A stretch of DNA of 17,500 nucleotides from NCBI GenBank assembly GCA_045805065.1, contig JBJMMA010000126.1, forward strand, positions 1 through 17,500. Reading direction: 5' to 3'. Origin of the DNA: Bdellovibrionia bacterium. Its GTDB lineage: Bacteria; Bdellovibrionota; UBA1018. The notes beneath the pieces were generated by a model, which was not told the DNA's origin, did not search any database, and was given only the letters and a program-made list of their open reading frames with translations. The stretch's first letter is position 1, and every line of letters begins with the position of its first letter. The position numbers and the translations under genes are program-made. Below are positions 6,856 through 15,619 of the stretch, in pieces.

Positions 6856-8097
6856 ATGAGCACTTCTTCCCCTTCTCAGATGATTCGCGGCCGATGCATC
6901 GCCATTGACCTCCCTCAGGTTTCCATCCGTCATGAAACGGGGGCCGCATCTGTCGTCATAGATCCGACGCTTTCTCCATCCTTCGGCTTAGGCGATATCG
7001 TTGAGGTTCAGGGGAATCAGCTTAAAGTCCTGACCCCCAATCGGGCGCAGCAAAACGCCCGGTGGATGCAGCACGTGCTTCACCCACGGAGACTCAAAGC
7101 TCTTCAAGTCCGCTCTGAGGTCGAGTCAGGCATTCGGGACTTTTTCAAAGGCCAGGGTTTTCATGAGACCCGCACTCCGCTTTTGGTACCTTCCCCTGGG
7201 ATGGAGCCCCATATCCGACCTTTTGAAGTGATCCCTGCCTCAAACGAAGACAAGGACCGCCACGCGTTTTTGCCAACCTCGCCTGAGTTTGCGATGAAGC
7301 GCCTTCTCGTGGGAGGCCTGGAGAAGATCTTTCAGATCTGCCCGGCTTTCCGGGATGAACCTCATTCTGTCACCCATCACCCCGAGTTTACGATGCTCGA
7401 ATGGTACCGCGCCTACGCGGGCTATGAAGACATCATGCGCGACACGGAAGAGATGTTTGAAGCGCTCGCCATGAAGATTCATGGCCGCCCGGTGATCAAA
7501 TGGCAGGGTCAAGAAATCTCCGTCAAAGCACCCTGGCCAAAGCTCAGGGTTCGGGATCTTTTTCAGGATCTGGCTTCGGTGGATCTAGTGAAATGCGCAA
7601 CCGCGGAAAGTCTCGCTCATGAATGCAAGCGATTGGGACTCCCCGCTGATCTATCGCGCGAGACCTGGGATGATCTTTACTTCAAGATCTGGCTCAACGT
7701 GATTGAGCCTAAGCTTCCTGCGGATCAGGCGGTTTTTGTCACCCGCTACCCTGAATCTCAGGCTGCGCTTTCTGTCATTGATTCTGATCCGGATGGCTCT
7801 CGTTGGGCGCGGCGCTTTGAGGCTTATGCCGGAGGCCTTGAACTGGGAAATGCCTTTGAAGAGCTCACCGATCCGGTCGAGCAACGCAGACGTTTTGTGA
7901 AAGACATGGAGCTCAGAACGGAGCTTTATGGCGAAGATTTTCCAAAAAGTCCTCTCGATGAAGGCTTCCTTGGGGCGCTAGCCGAAGGCATGCCACCTTC
8001 GGGCGGCATCGCCATGGGCGTGGATCGCATCGTGATGCTTTTTGCTGATGAGCCTGAGATTGATTACACGCTTTGGCTGAAGAGCGAGCTCACTTAA
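6856..8097 (+). CDS. epmA: EF-P lysine aminoacylase EpmA (GenX/PoxA) with an N-terminal extension
   Basis: LysRS-like catalytic domain with EpmA hallmarks: ETRTPLL..SPGMEPHI, LPTSPEFAMKRLL, FRDE....HHPEFTMLEWYRA, RFEAYAGGLELGNAFEEL and GMPPSGGIAMGVDR. Start set at ATG 6856 because the ORF-track upstream extension overlaps the opposite-strand gene. Confidence 0.93.
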   Translation: MSTSSPSQMIRGRCIAIDLPQVSIRHETGAASVVIDPTLSPSFGLGDIVEVQGNQLKVLTPNRAQQNARWMQHVLHPRRLKALQVRSEVESGIRDFFKGQGFHETRTPLLVPSPGMEPHIRPFEVIPASNEDKDRHAFLPTSPEFAMKRLLVGGLEKIFQICPAFRDEPHSVTHHPEFTMLEWYRAYAGYEDIMRDTEEMFEALAMKIHGRPVIKWQGQEISVKAPWPKLRVRDLFQDLASVDLVKCATAESLAHECKRLGLPADLSRETWDDLYFKIWLNVIEPKLPADQAVFVTRYPESQAALSVIDSDPDGSRWARRFEAYAGGLELGNAFEELTDPVEQRRRFVKDMELRTELYGEDFPKSPLDEGFLGALAEGMPPSGGIAMGVDRIVMLFADEPEIDYTLWLKSELT

Positions 8098-8146
8098 GTC
8101 TGGTCGTCAAATTTTCGACGCCCTACCAGTCGCTGGTAAGCAGCCT

Positions 8147-8173
8147 TTAATTTTAAGGAGCGCTCTCCGATAA
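8147..8173 (+). promoter_or_regulatory. Putative sigma28 (FliA)-type promoter for the ATP-grasp gene
   Basis: TTAATTTT (8147-8154), 11 nt, TCCGATAA (8166-8173), versus consensus TAAAGTTT-N11-GCCGATAA (6/8 and 7/8 matches). Confidence 0.6.
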
Positions 8174-8180
8174 GCAGGTG

Positions 8181-9878
8181 ATGCGCTCTCAACCTTGGTC
8201 ACTTTTATCAGCTCTGGCTCTCATCGCCGCGGGATTCACTTCTGCAGCATTCGGTGAGAACTCTGAATACTTCAACGAAGTATACAATCCAGACGGCACG
8301 CCCCGACCTGGTTACGCTGAAATCCTCCCCTATTACAAGAAGCTTACTCCCCGCCAGCATCTGGATTTTGCCAAGGTCACTCGCAAGGACTTCCGTGGGG
8401 ACAATGCCCTTGATGCCATGCCGAGAATTCTGACGGAGAGCGAACTATCGACTCTCCAGAAAGGCGTTGAACAACGCGGAAAAGCGATTCAAGCTTTTCT
8501 GAAGGATTACTTCTCCGGAAACAAAGAGATCGAGAAACTGATCCCTCAGTCCGTGCTCGACCGAATCGTCGCTCGAAGCCAGGACACTGCCTGGAAAGGA
8601 CAAGTGGATCCGAAGCAGATCTCATTTCCCTATGGGCCCGATATTATCCGTGACGCTCAAGGCTCTTGGCGAGTGATTGAAGACAACCCCGGATTCATTG
8701 GAGGACCTGGAGATCTGGTTCTGGCCCGTGAATCTTTGATGCGCAGAATGCCTGATTATAAACAGGCTCTCAGTCCTGTGAACGATCCGTTGGACTTCTA
8801 CAGGGAACTGGTCAAGCGCTATTCATCCCTTCGTAACCCAAGTGACGGCAGGATCGTGCTTTACTCAGTTCCGCCCTACCCCGATCGCGAAGACCGCCGC
8901 CTGAAGAGAATTTTTCACGACTTGGGCGTAGACATCGTGGGACCGACCACCGCTAAAAGAATCATCAACGATGAATCAGGCGTCTGGGTCACGGATAGCA
9001 CTGATCCAAAAGCCAAGCGTCAGCGCGTCGGCTTTGTCATTATCAATTCCGAACACAGTTTCATGGATCCCACTCATCCCGCAGCCTATGAACGCGCTCT
9101 TGTCGAAGAAGCGCGAGGCCACTTGTCGGAGCGCGGCCAAAGCGCTGTTGCAAAGGCAAAGCTCAACAAGGCCCTGACTCCCGATCCAAAAACAGGAAAG
9201 TTGAATCTTCAGGCAATTCGCGACGCGCTTTCACAGTCGGAAGTTCAAAACAGCATGAGTTATTATAAGAAACTCGCGGCCAAGGGGCTCAACGAAGCCA
9301 TTCTTAAAGGAAAGGTCGCGGCAAACTACACTCCTGGACTAGATTTTATCGGGGATAAGGAATTTTACGTTTATGTCGACGACATGGTCCGACACTACTT
9401 GAAGGAAGAGCCTGTTTTGAAGAACCTTCCAACGGAGCGTTTCGGAACCATGAACGCGAACGGAAGCGTCTCGCTCAATCGCGAGCTCGTGGAGAAAGTT
9501 TTCTCGAATCCATCCCGTTACGTCGTTAAAGCGGTCGATGGTCGCGGAGGAGACGCTGTGTGGGTAGGAGCGAAAATCTCTCCTGAAAAATTCAAAGAAG
9601 CGAAAGCCCAGATCGAAGCGGATCCCGCACGGTTCATCGTTCAGGAATACACTCACCTCTCTGTTGCAGGAGACAAGATCGTTGACCTCAGAATGATTTC
9701 CGCAGTGGATCCCAAAGGAGTTTACGTATCCGGAACGCCTTGGGCCCGCGCCTTACCTTTGGATGGCGATGGCAAGGTGAACTTAAGCTCTTCTGGCCGT
9801 GAGATGACAGTCCTTGTTGTAAAGGACCCGAAAAAAAATTGCTTCACACAAGCGCTAACAAACTCCTTAGCGCGGTAA
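8181..9878 (+). CDS. Circularly permuted ATP-grasp type 2 (DUF404/407-like) protein with a predicted signal peptide
   Basis: FNEVY..DG.PRPGY, PRIL...E...L.KGVEQR..A...FL.D, GPDIIRD..G.W.VIEDN, DKEFYVYV..M..YL.EEP.L.N.PT, VVKAVDGRGG, FIVQE and VDLR match this family. Start is GTG 8178 or ATG 8181. Confidence 0.85.
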   Translation: MRSQPWSLLSALALIAAGFTSAAFGENSEYFNEVYNPDGTPRPGYAEILPYYKKLTPRQHLDFAKVTRKDFRGDNALDAMPRILTESELSTLQKGVEQRGKAIQAFLKDYFSGNKEIEKLIPQSVLDRIVARSQDTAWKGQVDPKQISFPYGPDIIRDAQGSWRVIEDNPGFIGGPGDLVLARESLMRRMPDYKQALSPVNDPLDFYRELVKRYSSLRNPSDGRIVLYSVPPYPDREDRRLKRIFHDLGVDIVGPTTAKRIINDESGVWVTDSTDPKAKRQRVGFVIINSEHSFMDPTHPAAYERALVEEARGHLSERGQSAVAKAKLNKALTPDPKTGKLNLQAIRDALSQSEVQNSMSYYKKLAAKGLNEAILKGKVAANYTPGLDFIGDKEFYVYVDDMVRHYLKEEPVLKNLPTERFGTMNANGSVSLNRELVEKVFSNPSRYVVKAVDGRGGDAVWVGAKISPEKFKEAKAQIEADPARFIVQEYTHLSVAGDKIVDLRMISAVDPKGVYVSGTPWARALPLDGDGKVNLSSSGREMTVLVVKDPKKNCFTQALTNSLAR

Positions 9879-10850
9879 TTGACTAGCAGTCAGGTGCTGG
9901 AGAATATCCGTGATCCGCACGACCCCCTGCCCCAGGCATTCGGTGCCGGTGTCTGAGCATTTTTTAGAGACTCGGCATTTGCCGGTCCACTCGTAATCCT
10001 CTTCTCCATCAATCATGACGCCAATCATTGCGCCAGTCTTGAGCGAGTAGACAGGAGAGCCTGAGTTGCCGCCAAATGCATCGAGAGTCGCATCAAAAGT
10101 TGGCTTCTTGGAATGAATCGAACGAATCACTCCGTCAGCAAACTTTAATGGAAGCCCGCTTGGATAGCCTGCGATGATCAAAGGCTCACCCACTGAATAC
10201 ACATGATGGGCATCCAAGTTTGCTGGACGATGATTCGGAACAGGTCGATCCAGCCTGATCAGCGCAAAGTCTGCGCGATAAGGATGAGAATCGGAGTCCT
10301 CTTCCCGATAGATGATTTGCTGGCAGGAGTAGATTTCTGATCGCGGCACAATCACGTTGACTTGCCCAGGTCGCGAGAAAGCGTAGTTAAAAACAAAATT
10401 AGAATTTCGGCATTCATTCGCATCCGTGATGCAATGCCCGGCGGTTAAAACAGTCGTACTGTTAACGAGAGTCCCTGAGCAATCCGCTGCTGTCGGCTCA
10501 TCCAAAAAGCGCTCGCTCGAACAAAGCTTTTTATCGTCCTGGAAGCGAGGCGCGCGAATCCAGTAATTCCCATTTCCTGCGGAGACAAGATGCTGAGTCG
10601 TGATCATCGCGACGCTTGCGTCATGAAACGCATCAAACATTGGGTTGCCCCTGAGCTCGTACGCTTCTCTTCGGCTATCTCTGCCGTAGATCGTCTCAGC
10701 ATGAAAATCAGGCAGGTAAAAAGAACTCTCTTCAGAGGCTGTGGCCGGGACAGAACCCAGGACGCCCGAGAACATCGATGCCAGGAGCGAAACTAGAAGC
10801 AAAGCCAAAGGTGAAGCGATGGGCAGCTCCAGCTGAAGGAGTCTTCTCAT
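9867..10850 (-). CDS. Secreted trypsin-like (S1) serine protease
   Basis: Hydrophobic N-terminal signal. Catalytic triad motifs CSGTLV...LTAGHC (His), DFALIRL (Asp) and GGNSGSPV (Ser). Several Cys pairs; AAGGA SD upstream. Overlaps the convergent ATP-grasp gene by 12 bp. Confidence 0.92.
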   Translation of the reverse strand: MRRLLQLELPIASPLALLLVSLLASMFSGVLGSVPATASEESSFYLPDFHAETIYGRDSRREAYELRGNPMFDAFHDASVAMITTQHLVSAGNGNYWIRAPRFQDDKKLCSSERFLDEPTAADCSGTLVNSTTVLTAGHCITDANECRNSNFVFNYAFSRPGQVNVIVPRSEIYSCQQIIYREEDSDSHPYRADFALIRLDRPVPNHRPANLDAHHVYSVGEPLIIAGYPSGLPLKFADGVIRSIHSKKPTFDATLDAFGGNSGSPVYSLKTGAMIGVMIDGEEDYEWTGKCRVSKKCSDTGTECLGQGVVRITDILQHLTASQLPR

Positions 10851-10888
10851 ACTTTCCTTATAAACCGTTCCAGCGGCGTGTACACAGG

Positions 10889-10917
10889 AAATAGCGCCTC
10901 GACCTACCGCGCCATTT
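10889..10917 (-). terminator. Hairpin after the ABC transporter pair, possible terminator
   Basis: Minus strand AAATGGCGC / GCGCTATTT, a 9-bp stem with one G-U and an 11-nt loop, about 10 nt after the stop at 10928. Confidence 0.35.
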
Positions 10918-10927
10918 TAGATTGGAA

Positions 10928-12742
10928 TTAAATCCCCTGCTCGACAGCCTGCTCAGCCCGCTGAAACCGATAAAGTCGGGCATAAAGACCATTCATGGAC
11001 ATGAGTTCGGTGTGATTGCCCTTTTCCAGCATCACTCCCTTATGAAGAACAATAATGAGATCGGCCTGTCGAACCGTCGCCAAGCGATGCGCAATCAAAA
11101 GGGATGTACGACCCTTTGAAGCTTTCTCCAAAGACTTTTGAAGCAAGGACTCAGAGTCCGAATCCATATTGGCCGTAGCTTCGTCCAGGATCCAGATGGC
11201 AGGTTTCTTATCCAAGGCGCGAGCAAAAGCTAAAATCTGCCGCTCACCCATCGACACATTGGATCCACGCTCAAGAAGACTCTCTGAATCATCCAGCCAG
11301 CGACCGCATCCCGTGTCTTTCAAGAGCGATTCGATTTCAGGGCTGACTTTGCGATTGCCCCAGAAAGTGATGTTATCCACAAAGGAGCCTGAGAACAAAA
11401 ACGCATCCTGCTGAATGATACCGATCGTCGCGCGGAGCGCGCTCTTGTCGTAATCTCTCAGATCTTTTCCATCGAGAAGAATCCGGCCCTTTTGAGGCTC
11501 ATAAAAACGCATCAGCAAACTGATGAGCGTAGTCTTACCCGCACCCGTATGACCAACAATCCCCACACGTGAGCCAGGTTGAATCTCCAGTGAGAAATCC
11601 TTTAAAACCCAGTGCTCGCCATCGGCGGTGGATTGATACGCGAACCAGACATTTTCAAAAACGATGTGACCTTTGATTTCCGACAAAGCCTGCACTGGAT
11701 TTTCGCTCAAAGCTTTTTCCATCTCAACTGGCCAGGAGAGAATCGAGAACACGCGCTCCACTGATGCCATGCCTGAGAGAAAAACGTTCCACTTATCCGC
11801 GATTTCGCGAATTGGCTGAAACGCTGCAAGCGCATACGAAAAGAACGTGACCAAGACGCCCACTTTCAGCGCATGAGGGCCACCGTTTGCGCCAAACGCG
11901 ATGACCAGCGCTACAGCAACGCCCGAAGCCAGGGTGATTGTCGGCTGAAAAAGCGCAAAGACTTTCACAGTTCCAATCTGCGCATCCGAGTACCACTGGT
12001 TGATCCGGTTAAAGCGTTCCATATGAAGCTTCTGGCGATTGAAGAGGTGAACGACCTTCATACCCATCAGATTCTCTGCCAAAAACGCGTTGAGCGCCGA
12101 GAGTTTGGATCTTGCCTCGCGGTAAGAGATTTTCAAACGCTGACTGAAATAAACCGAGGCGATGATCATCGGCGGAAAAGCGCTGATCGTAATCAGCCCG
12201 AGCCTGAGATCCAGCACCAGCATTCCCACAAGGAGTCCCACGACGATCAGAACATTTGAGATCATCGAGACAAAGCCTGCCGTGAACATATCGCTCATCG
12301 ACGCAATATCGTTTGTGACGCGCGTGAGAAGCCTTCCCGCGGGAGTCTTGTCATAAACAGAAATCGGAAGTCTTTGAAGATGAGAAAAGAGCCTGAGTCT
12401 CAGATCTCGAGTGACTCTCTGACCCAACACTTCAAATGAGTACGCCTGGCCGATCATCATCGCGATTCTCACTGAGATGAGGCCGAAAGTCGCAACCGCT
12501 AGTCGAACTAAAAGCTCCCAGTTCTTAGGAACAATCGCATGGTCAATCGCGTAACCAAAAAGATACGGCTCAAGAAGAGTTGCTACCGTTCCAAGTACGA
12601 TCATGGCGCAACCTGCGACAAGCGGAGAGCGATGCTTTAAAATCTCACGGATCAAAAGGCTAAGATGCCCTTTCCCAATGGCCTTGGCTTCCCTCTCTTC
12701 GACATCCAGATAAGCTTCCAGACCTGATCCCGACTGGCTCAT
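10928..12742 (-). CDS. ABC exporter, fused permease/ATPase (MdlB-like half of a heterodimer)
   Basis: TM domain with GRLLTRVTND, Walker A GHTGAGKT, degenerate signature VSMGERQ, Walker B ILDEAT and IAHRL. ATGA overlap with the upstream partner. Confidence 0.93.
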   Translation of the reverse strand: MSQSGSGLEAYLDVEEREAKAIGKGHLSLLIREILKHRSPLVAGCAMIVLGTVATLLEPYLFGYAIDHAIVPKNWELLVRLAVATFGLISVRIAMMIGQAYSFEVLGQRVTRDLRLRLFSHLQRLPISVYDKTPAGRLLTRVTNDIASMSDMFTAGFVSMISNVLIVVGLLVGMLVLDLRLGLITISAFPPMIIASVYFSQRLKISYREARSKLSALNAFLAENLMGMKVVHLFNRQKLHMERFNRINQWYSDAQIGTVKVFALFQPTITLASGVAVALVIAFGANGGPHALKVGVLVTFFSYALAAFQPIREIADKWNVFLSGMASVERVFSILSWPVEMEKALSENPVQALSEIKGHIVFENVWFAYQSTADGEHWVLKDFSLEIQPGSRVGIVGHTGAGKTTLISLLMRFYEPQKGRILLDGKDLRDYDKSALRATIGIIQQDAFLFSGSFVDNITFWGNRKVSPEIESLLKDTGCGRWLDDSESLLERGSNVSMGERQILAFARALDKKPAIWILDEATANMDSDSESLLQKSLEKASKGRTSLLIAHRLATVRQADLIIVLHKGVMLEKGNHTELMSMNGLYARLYRFQRAEQAVEQGI

Positions 12743-14631
12743 GAGGTCACCTCGGGAGCAAGGGCTTCCACATAGGACTCAAGCTCATCTCTCAGATGTT
12801 GTTGCTCAACAAATCGGCGATAGAGCCCGTTTCGATCTTTAACGAGTTGCTCGTGGGTGCCTTGTTGAATGATCTGCCCACGCTCCAGAACAATGATGCG
12901 GTGAGCGTCTTGAATGGTTGAGATTCTGTGAGCAGCAACGAGCTCCGTATTGCGTCCAGGGCGGGATCTCAACCCTTGCATGATTTTCTCTTCAGTCTGC
13001 ACATCAACGGAAGAAAGCGCATCATCCAGAATCAGAATCGATGGCTCTTTCACGATGGCGCGAGCAATCGTCAGACGCTGCTTTTGCCCGCCAGAGAGAT
13101 TCACTCCCCGCTCACCCACACGAGTCTGATAGCCATCCACCAGGCCCAGGATGTCGCTGTGAACACAAGCCAGGCGCGTGTGTTCTTCGACTTGATTGAG
13201 TGTGCCGTCCTGAAGCGAGTAAGCCAGATTCTCAAGAACAGTCTCGCTAAAGAGAAAAACATCCTGACTGACGTATCCCACCTGTTTTCTAAGCTCGCGA
13301 AGATCCCAGCGATTGACATCCACTCCATCCACGAAAAGCATTCCGTCGCCAACCGGATAAAGTCTTGGCAGCAGCGACAAAAGTGCTGACTTTCCGGAGC
13401 CAATGGAGCCTACGAAAGCCACGCGCTCTCCGGGTTCAATCGTCAGTGACAGATTCTGAAGAACTGCTTTTTCAGTCCCGGGAAACCGAAAACTCAGATT
13501 TCGAAGCTCAATTCTGCCATCTGTTTTCCAGCCCGTGGGCGAAAAGTTCTGAGGAACGGTCGCGTTCTTGTCCTGGGGCACATCGGTTTTACTTTGATGG
13601 ACTTCATCCAGGCGCTTGGCGCTCGTGACAGATCTCTGATACGTGCTTAAAGCCATACCCAGGGCTGCCATCGGCCAAACCATTTTCTGGATATAGCGCT
13701 GAAACGCCACAAATGTGCCAAGTGTCAGGGCGCCTGCCGCATCGCCATTTTGAATGAGCTCGCGTCCTCCGAAGTACAGAAGAAGAACCATCCCCAGGCT
13801 CATCGCAAAATCAAGCGTCGGCCCAAACGAGGACTGAACGCGCGCTAGTCTCAGATTGAGTCTTAAAAACTCGTCGCACTCTTTCTTAAAGCGATGCGTT
13901 TGCGGCCCTTCTTGCGCAAAAGCTTTGAGAACGCGAATCCCATTTAAACTTTCCTGAGTCATCGCGGAGATCTGACTGAACTGTTCTTGCACTTCTCCAT
14001 AACGCTGATGGATCGCGCGCTCGTTTCGCATCACAAGCCAGGGAATGATGGGAAGCGGAAGAAAAGCAATCAACGTCAGCTTGGGTGACAGAAGATACAT
14101 CGCCACCGGTACGGTCATGAAATAAAAAATCGAATCCGCAAGAGTCAGCAACCCTGCCCCAAGCATCATTCTCACAGCTTCCACATCGCTTGTCGCAAGC
14201 GACATGAGATCGCCAATCGGTCTTCGATCAAAGAAACTTTGCGAAAGTCCAAAGAGATGCTCAGTAAAGGATTTCCGGATATCGCGCCCTGAGAACATGC
14301 TTGCGCGAGTCAGATACATTCTCCAACCATATCGCCCAAGTGCCTGCAGGATCGCCGTCCCCAGATACCCGATCACTGCCCACTTCAAAAGCGACACAGG
14401 CCGATCCCCGGTTGCGATATCAACCGTGAGTTTCAAAAGCCAGGGTGGCGCAATTTCCAGAATATCCGTCATGACCAGGGCGAGAAGTCCCACGGCCACA
14501 TAGCCACGGTACTTCCAGATATAATGACGGATGGTCGCGCTATTTTGTAAAAAGCGAACCCAGCTCTTTTTTAGGGAGCGTTCGGACGAGAGCCTGCGGC
14601 GATTTTCTGGCTGTTGAGCGCCCGAAGGCAT
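12739..14631 (-). CDS. ABC exporter, fused permease/ATPase (MdlA-like half); exact start uncertain
   Basis: GDLMSLATSDVEAVR, Walker A GSIGSGKS, signature LSGGQKQR, Walker B ILDDALSSVD and AAHRIS. The annotated start overlaps the RluA gene by about 60 bp, so the true start may be further downstream. Confidence 0.92.
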   Translation of the reverse strand: MPSGAQQPENRRRLSSERSLKKSWVRFLQNSATIRHYIWKYRGYVAVGLLALVMTDILEIAPPWLLKLTVDIATGDRPVSLLKWAVIGYLGTAILQALGRYGWRMYLTRASMFSGRDIRKSFTEHLFGLSQSFFDRRPIGDLMSLATSDVEAVRMMLGAGLLTLADSIFYFMTVPVAMYLLSPKLTLIAFLPLPIIPWLVMRNERAIHQRYGEVQEQFSQISAMTQESLNGIRVLKAFAQEGPQTHRFKKECDEFLRLNLRLARVQSSFGPTLDFAMSLGMVLLLYFGGRELIQNGDAAGALTLGTFVAFQRYIQKMVWPMAALGMALSTYQRSVTSAKRLDEVHQSKTDVPQDKNATVPQNFSPTGWKTDGRIELRNLSFRFPGTEKAVLQNLSLTIEPGERVAFVGSIGSGKSALLSLLPRLYPVGDGMLFVDGVDVNRWDLRELRKQVGYVSQDVFLFSETVLENLAYSLQDGTLNQVEEHTRLACVHSDILGLVDGYQTRVGERGVNLSGGQKQRLTIARAIVKEPSILILDDALSSVDVQTEEKIMQGLRSRPGRNTELVAAHRISTIQDAHRIIVLERGQIIQQGTHEQLVKDRNGLYRRFVEQQHLRDELESYVEALAPEVTS

Positions 14632-15602
14632 TGGACGAAATCCTCAGGTAAAGGGCTTTGAATCGAGACTAGATTTTTATGGATCGGGTGCGGGAAAGTC
14701 AAGCTAACCGCATGCAGAAGACAGCGAGCGACTTGCGGCGCATTTTGCGGCGTGGCCCCATCCCGCCGACGATAGGTCGAATCTCCCATGATCGGCAGCC
14801 CATGCTCGGAGAGATGAACGCGGATCTGATGCGTTCTGCCCGTTCTTGGCTTTGCCTCAACCCAAAGTCCTCCAGGCATCGCTTCAATCAGCCTGAAATC
14901 AGTATGAGCGAAATCCCCGCCCGAGCGCACGGCCGTAAAGCGGGACTGCTTCCCTGCCGCGTTCTTATCGCGTCCCAGATAATTTTCAATTTTCCACTCT
15001 TCAGGAAGCTTTGAGTTCTCGACGTCAGGCTTTGGGCGGAAAGTGACGGCCTGGTAAGTTTTTTGAGCGATGTGCTTGGTAAAAAGCTCAGAGACTCCCG
15101 TGTTGGCTTCAGTCTTTTTAGTGAAGAGAACGACTCCCGAGGTGTCGCGGTCGAGTCGATGATGCAGTCCGAGATAAGGCTGAGCGACCTGATCGCGTTC
15201 GGCCAGAAACTTTTTCACGGCAGCAAAGAGGTTCTCGCGCGCCTCATCCAGCGTGGGCTGAGTGGGAAGCCCCGGCGGTTTATTGACGGCGATCAGATAC
15301 TCATCTTCAAAAAGGATATCGGATGGCTTCATCTGAAAGACTTGATCCTTGGAAGGTCCGCCACTCATGAGCTTGTCGATATCGATGAAAGCATCGATCT
15401 TCGCGTTGGCCAGAAGCTCCTTTGAGGCGATTCGGACCCGTTTACCATTCAGATAAACCGCCCCCGCCACCACGAGCTTTCTCACCTTCCCCTTGGAGAC
15501 AGGCTGCCCCAGGATTTCGGGCAAGCGCTCGGAGAGAACCTGATCAAGACGCTTGCCTGCATCAGGGTGCCGGGTTTGGAAGGAGATCTTTTTCAAAGCC
15601 AT
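14571..15602 (-). CDS. RluA-family (RluC/RluD-like) pseudouridine synthase with an S4 domain
   Basis: S4 region RLDQVL...GAVYLNGK, NKPPGL, catalytic HRLDRDTSG, TGRTHQIRVH, PIMGD..Y and LHA..L.F.HP. Confidence 0.95.
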   Translation of the reverse strand: MALKKISFQTRHPDAGKRLDQVLSERLPEILGQPVSKGKVRKLVVAGAVYLNGKRVRIASKELLANAKIDAFIDIDKLMSGGPSKDQVFQMKPSDILFEDEYLIAVNKPPGLPTQPTLDEARENLFAAVKKFLAERDQVAQPYLGLHHRLDRDTSGVVLFTKKTEANTGVSELFTKHIAQKTYQAVTFRPKPDVENSKLPEEWKIENYLGRDKNAAGKQSRFTAVRSGGDFAHTDFRLIEAMPGGLWVEAKPRTGRTHQIRVHLSEHGLPIMGDSTYRRRDGATPQNAPQVARCLLHAVSLTFPHPIHKNLVSIQSPLPEDFVQCLRALNSQKIAAGSRPNAP

Positions 15603-15619
15603 GATAAACTTTAAGTATC

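Noticed and set aside
10928..14631. Degenerate ABC motifs (VSMGERQ; Walker B DD) as a sign of pseudogenisation or novelty
   Set aside because: This is the normal asymmetric-site pattern of heterodimeric MdlAB/TmrAB-type exporters.
8181..14631. ATP-grasp + protease + ABC exporter as a RiPP (graspetide-like) cluster
   Set aside because: The ligase is the circularly permuted type rather than RimK-like, no precursor peptide ORF was found, the ABC pair lacks a C39 peptidase domain, and the orientation is convergent.
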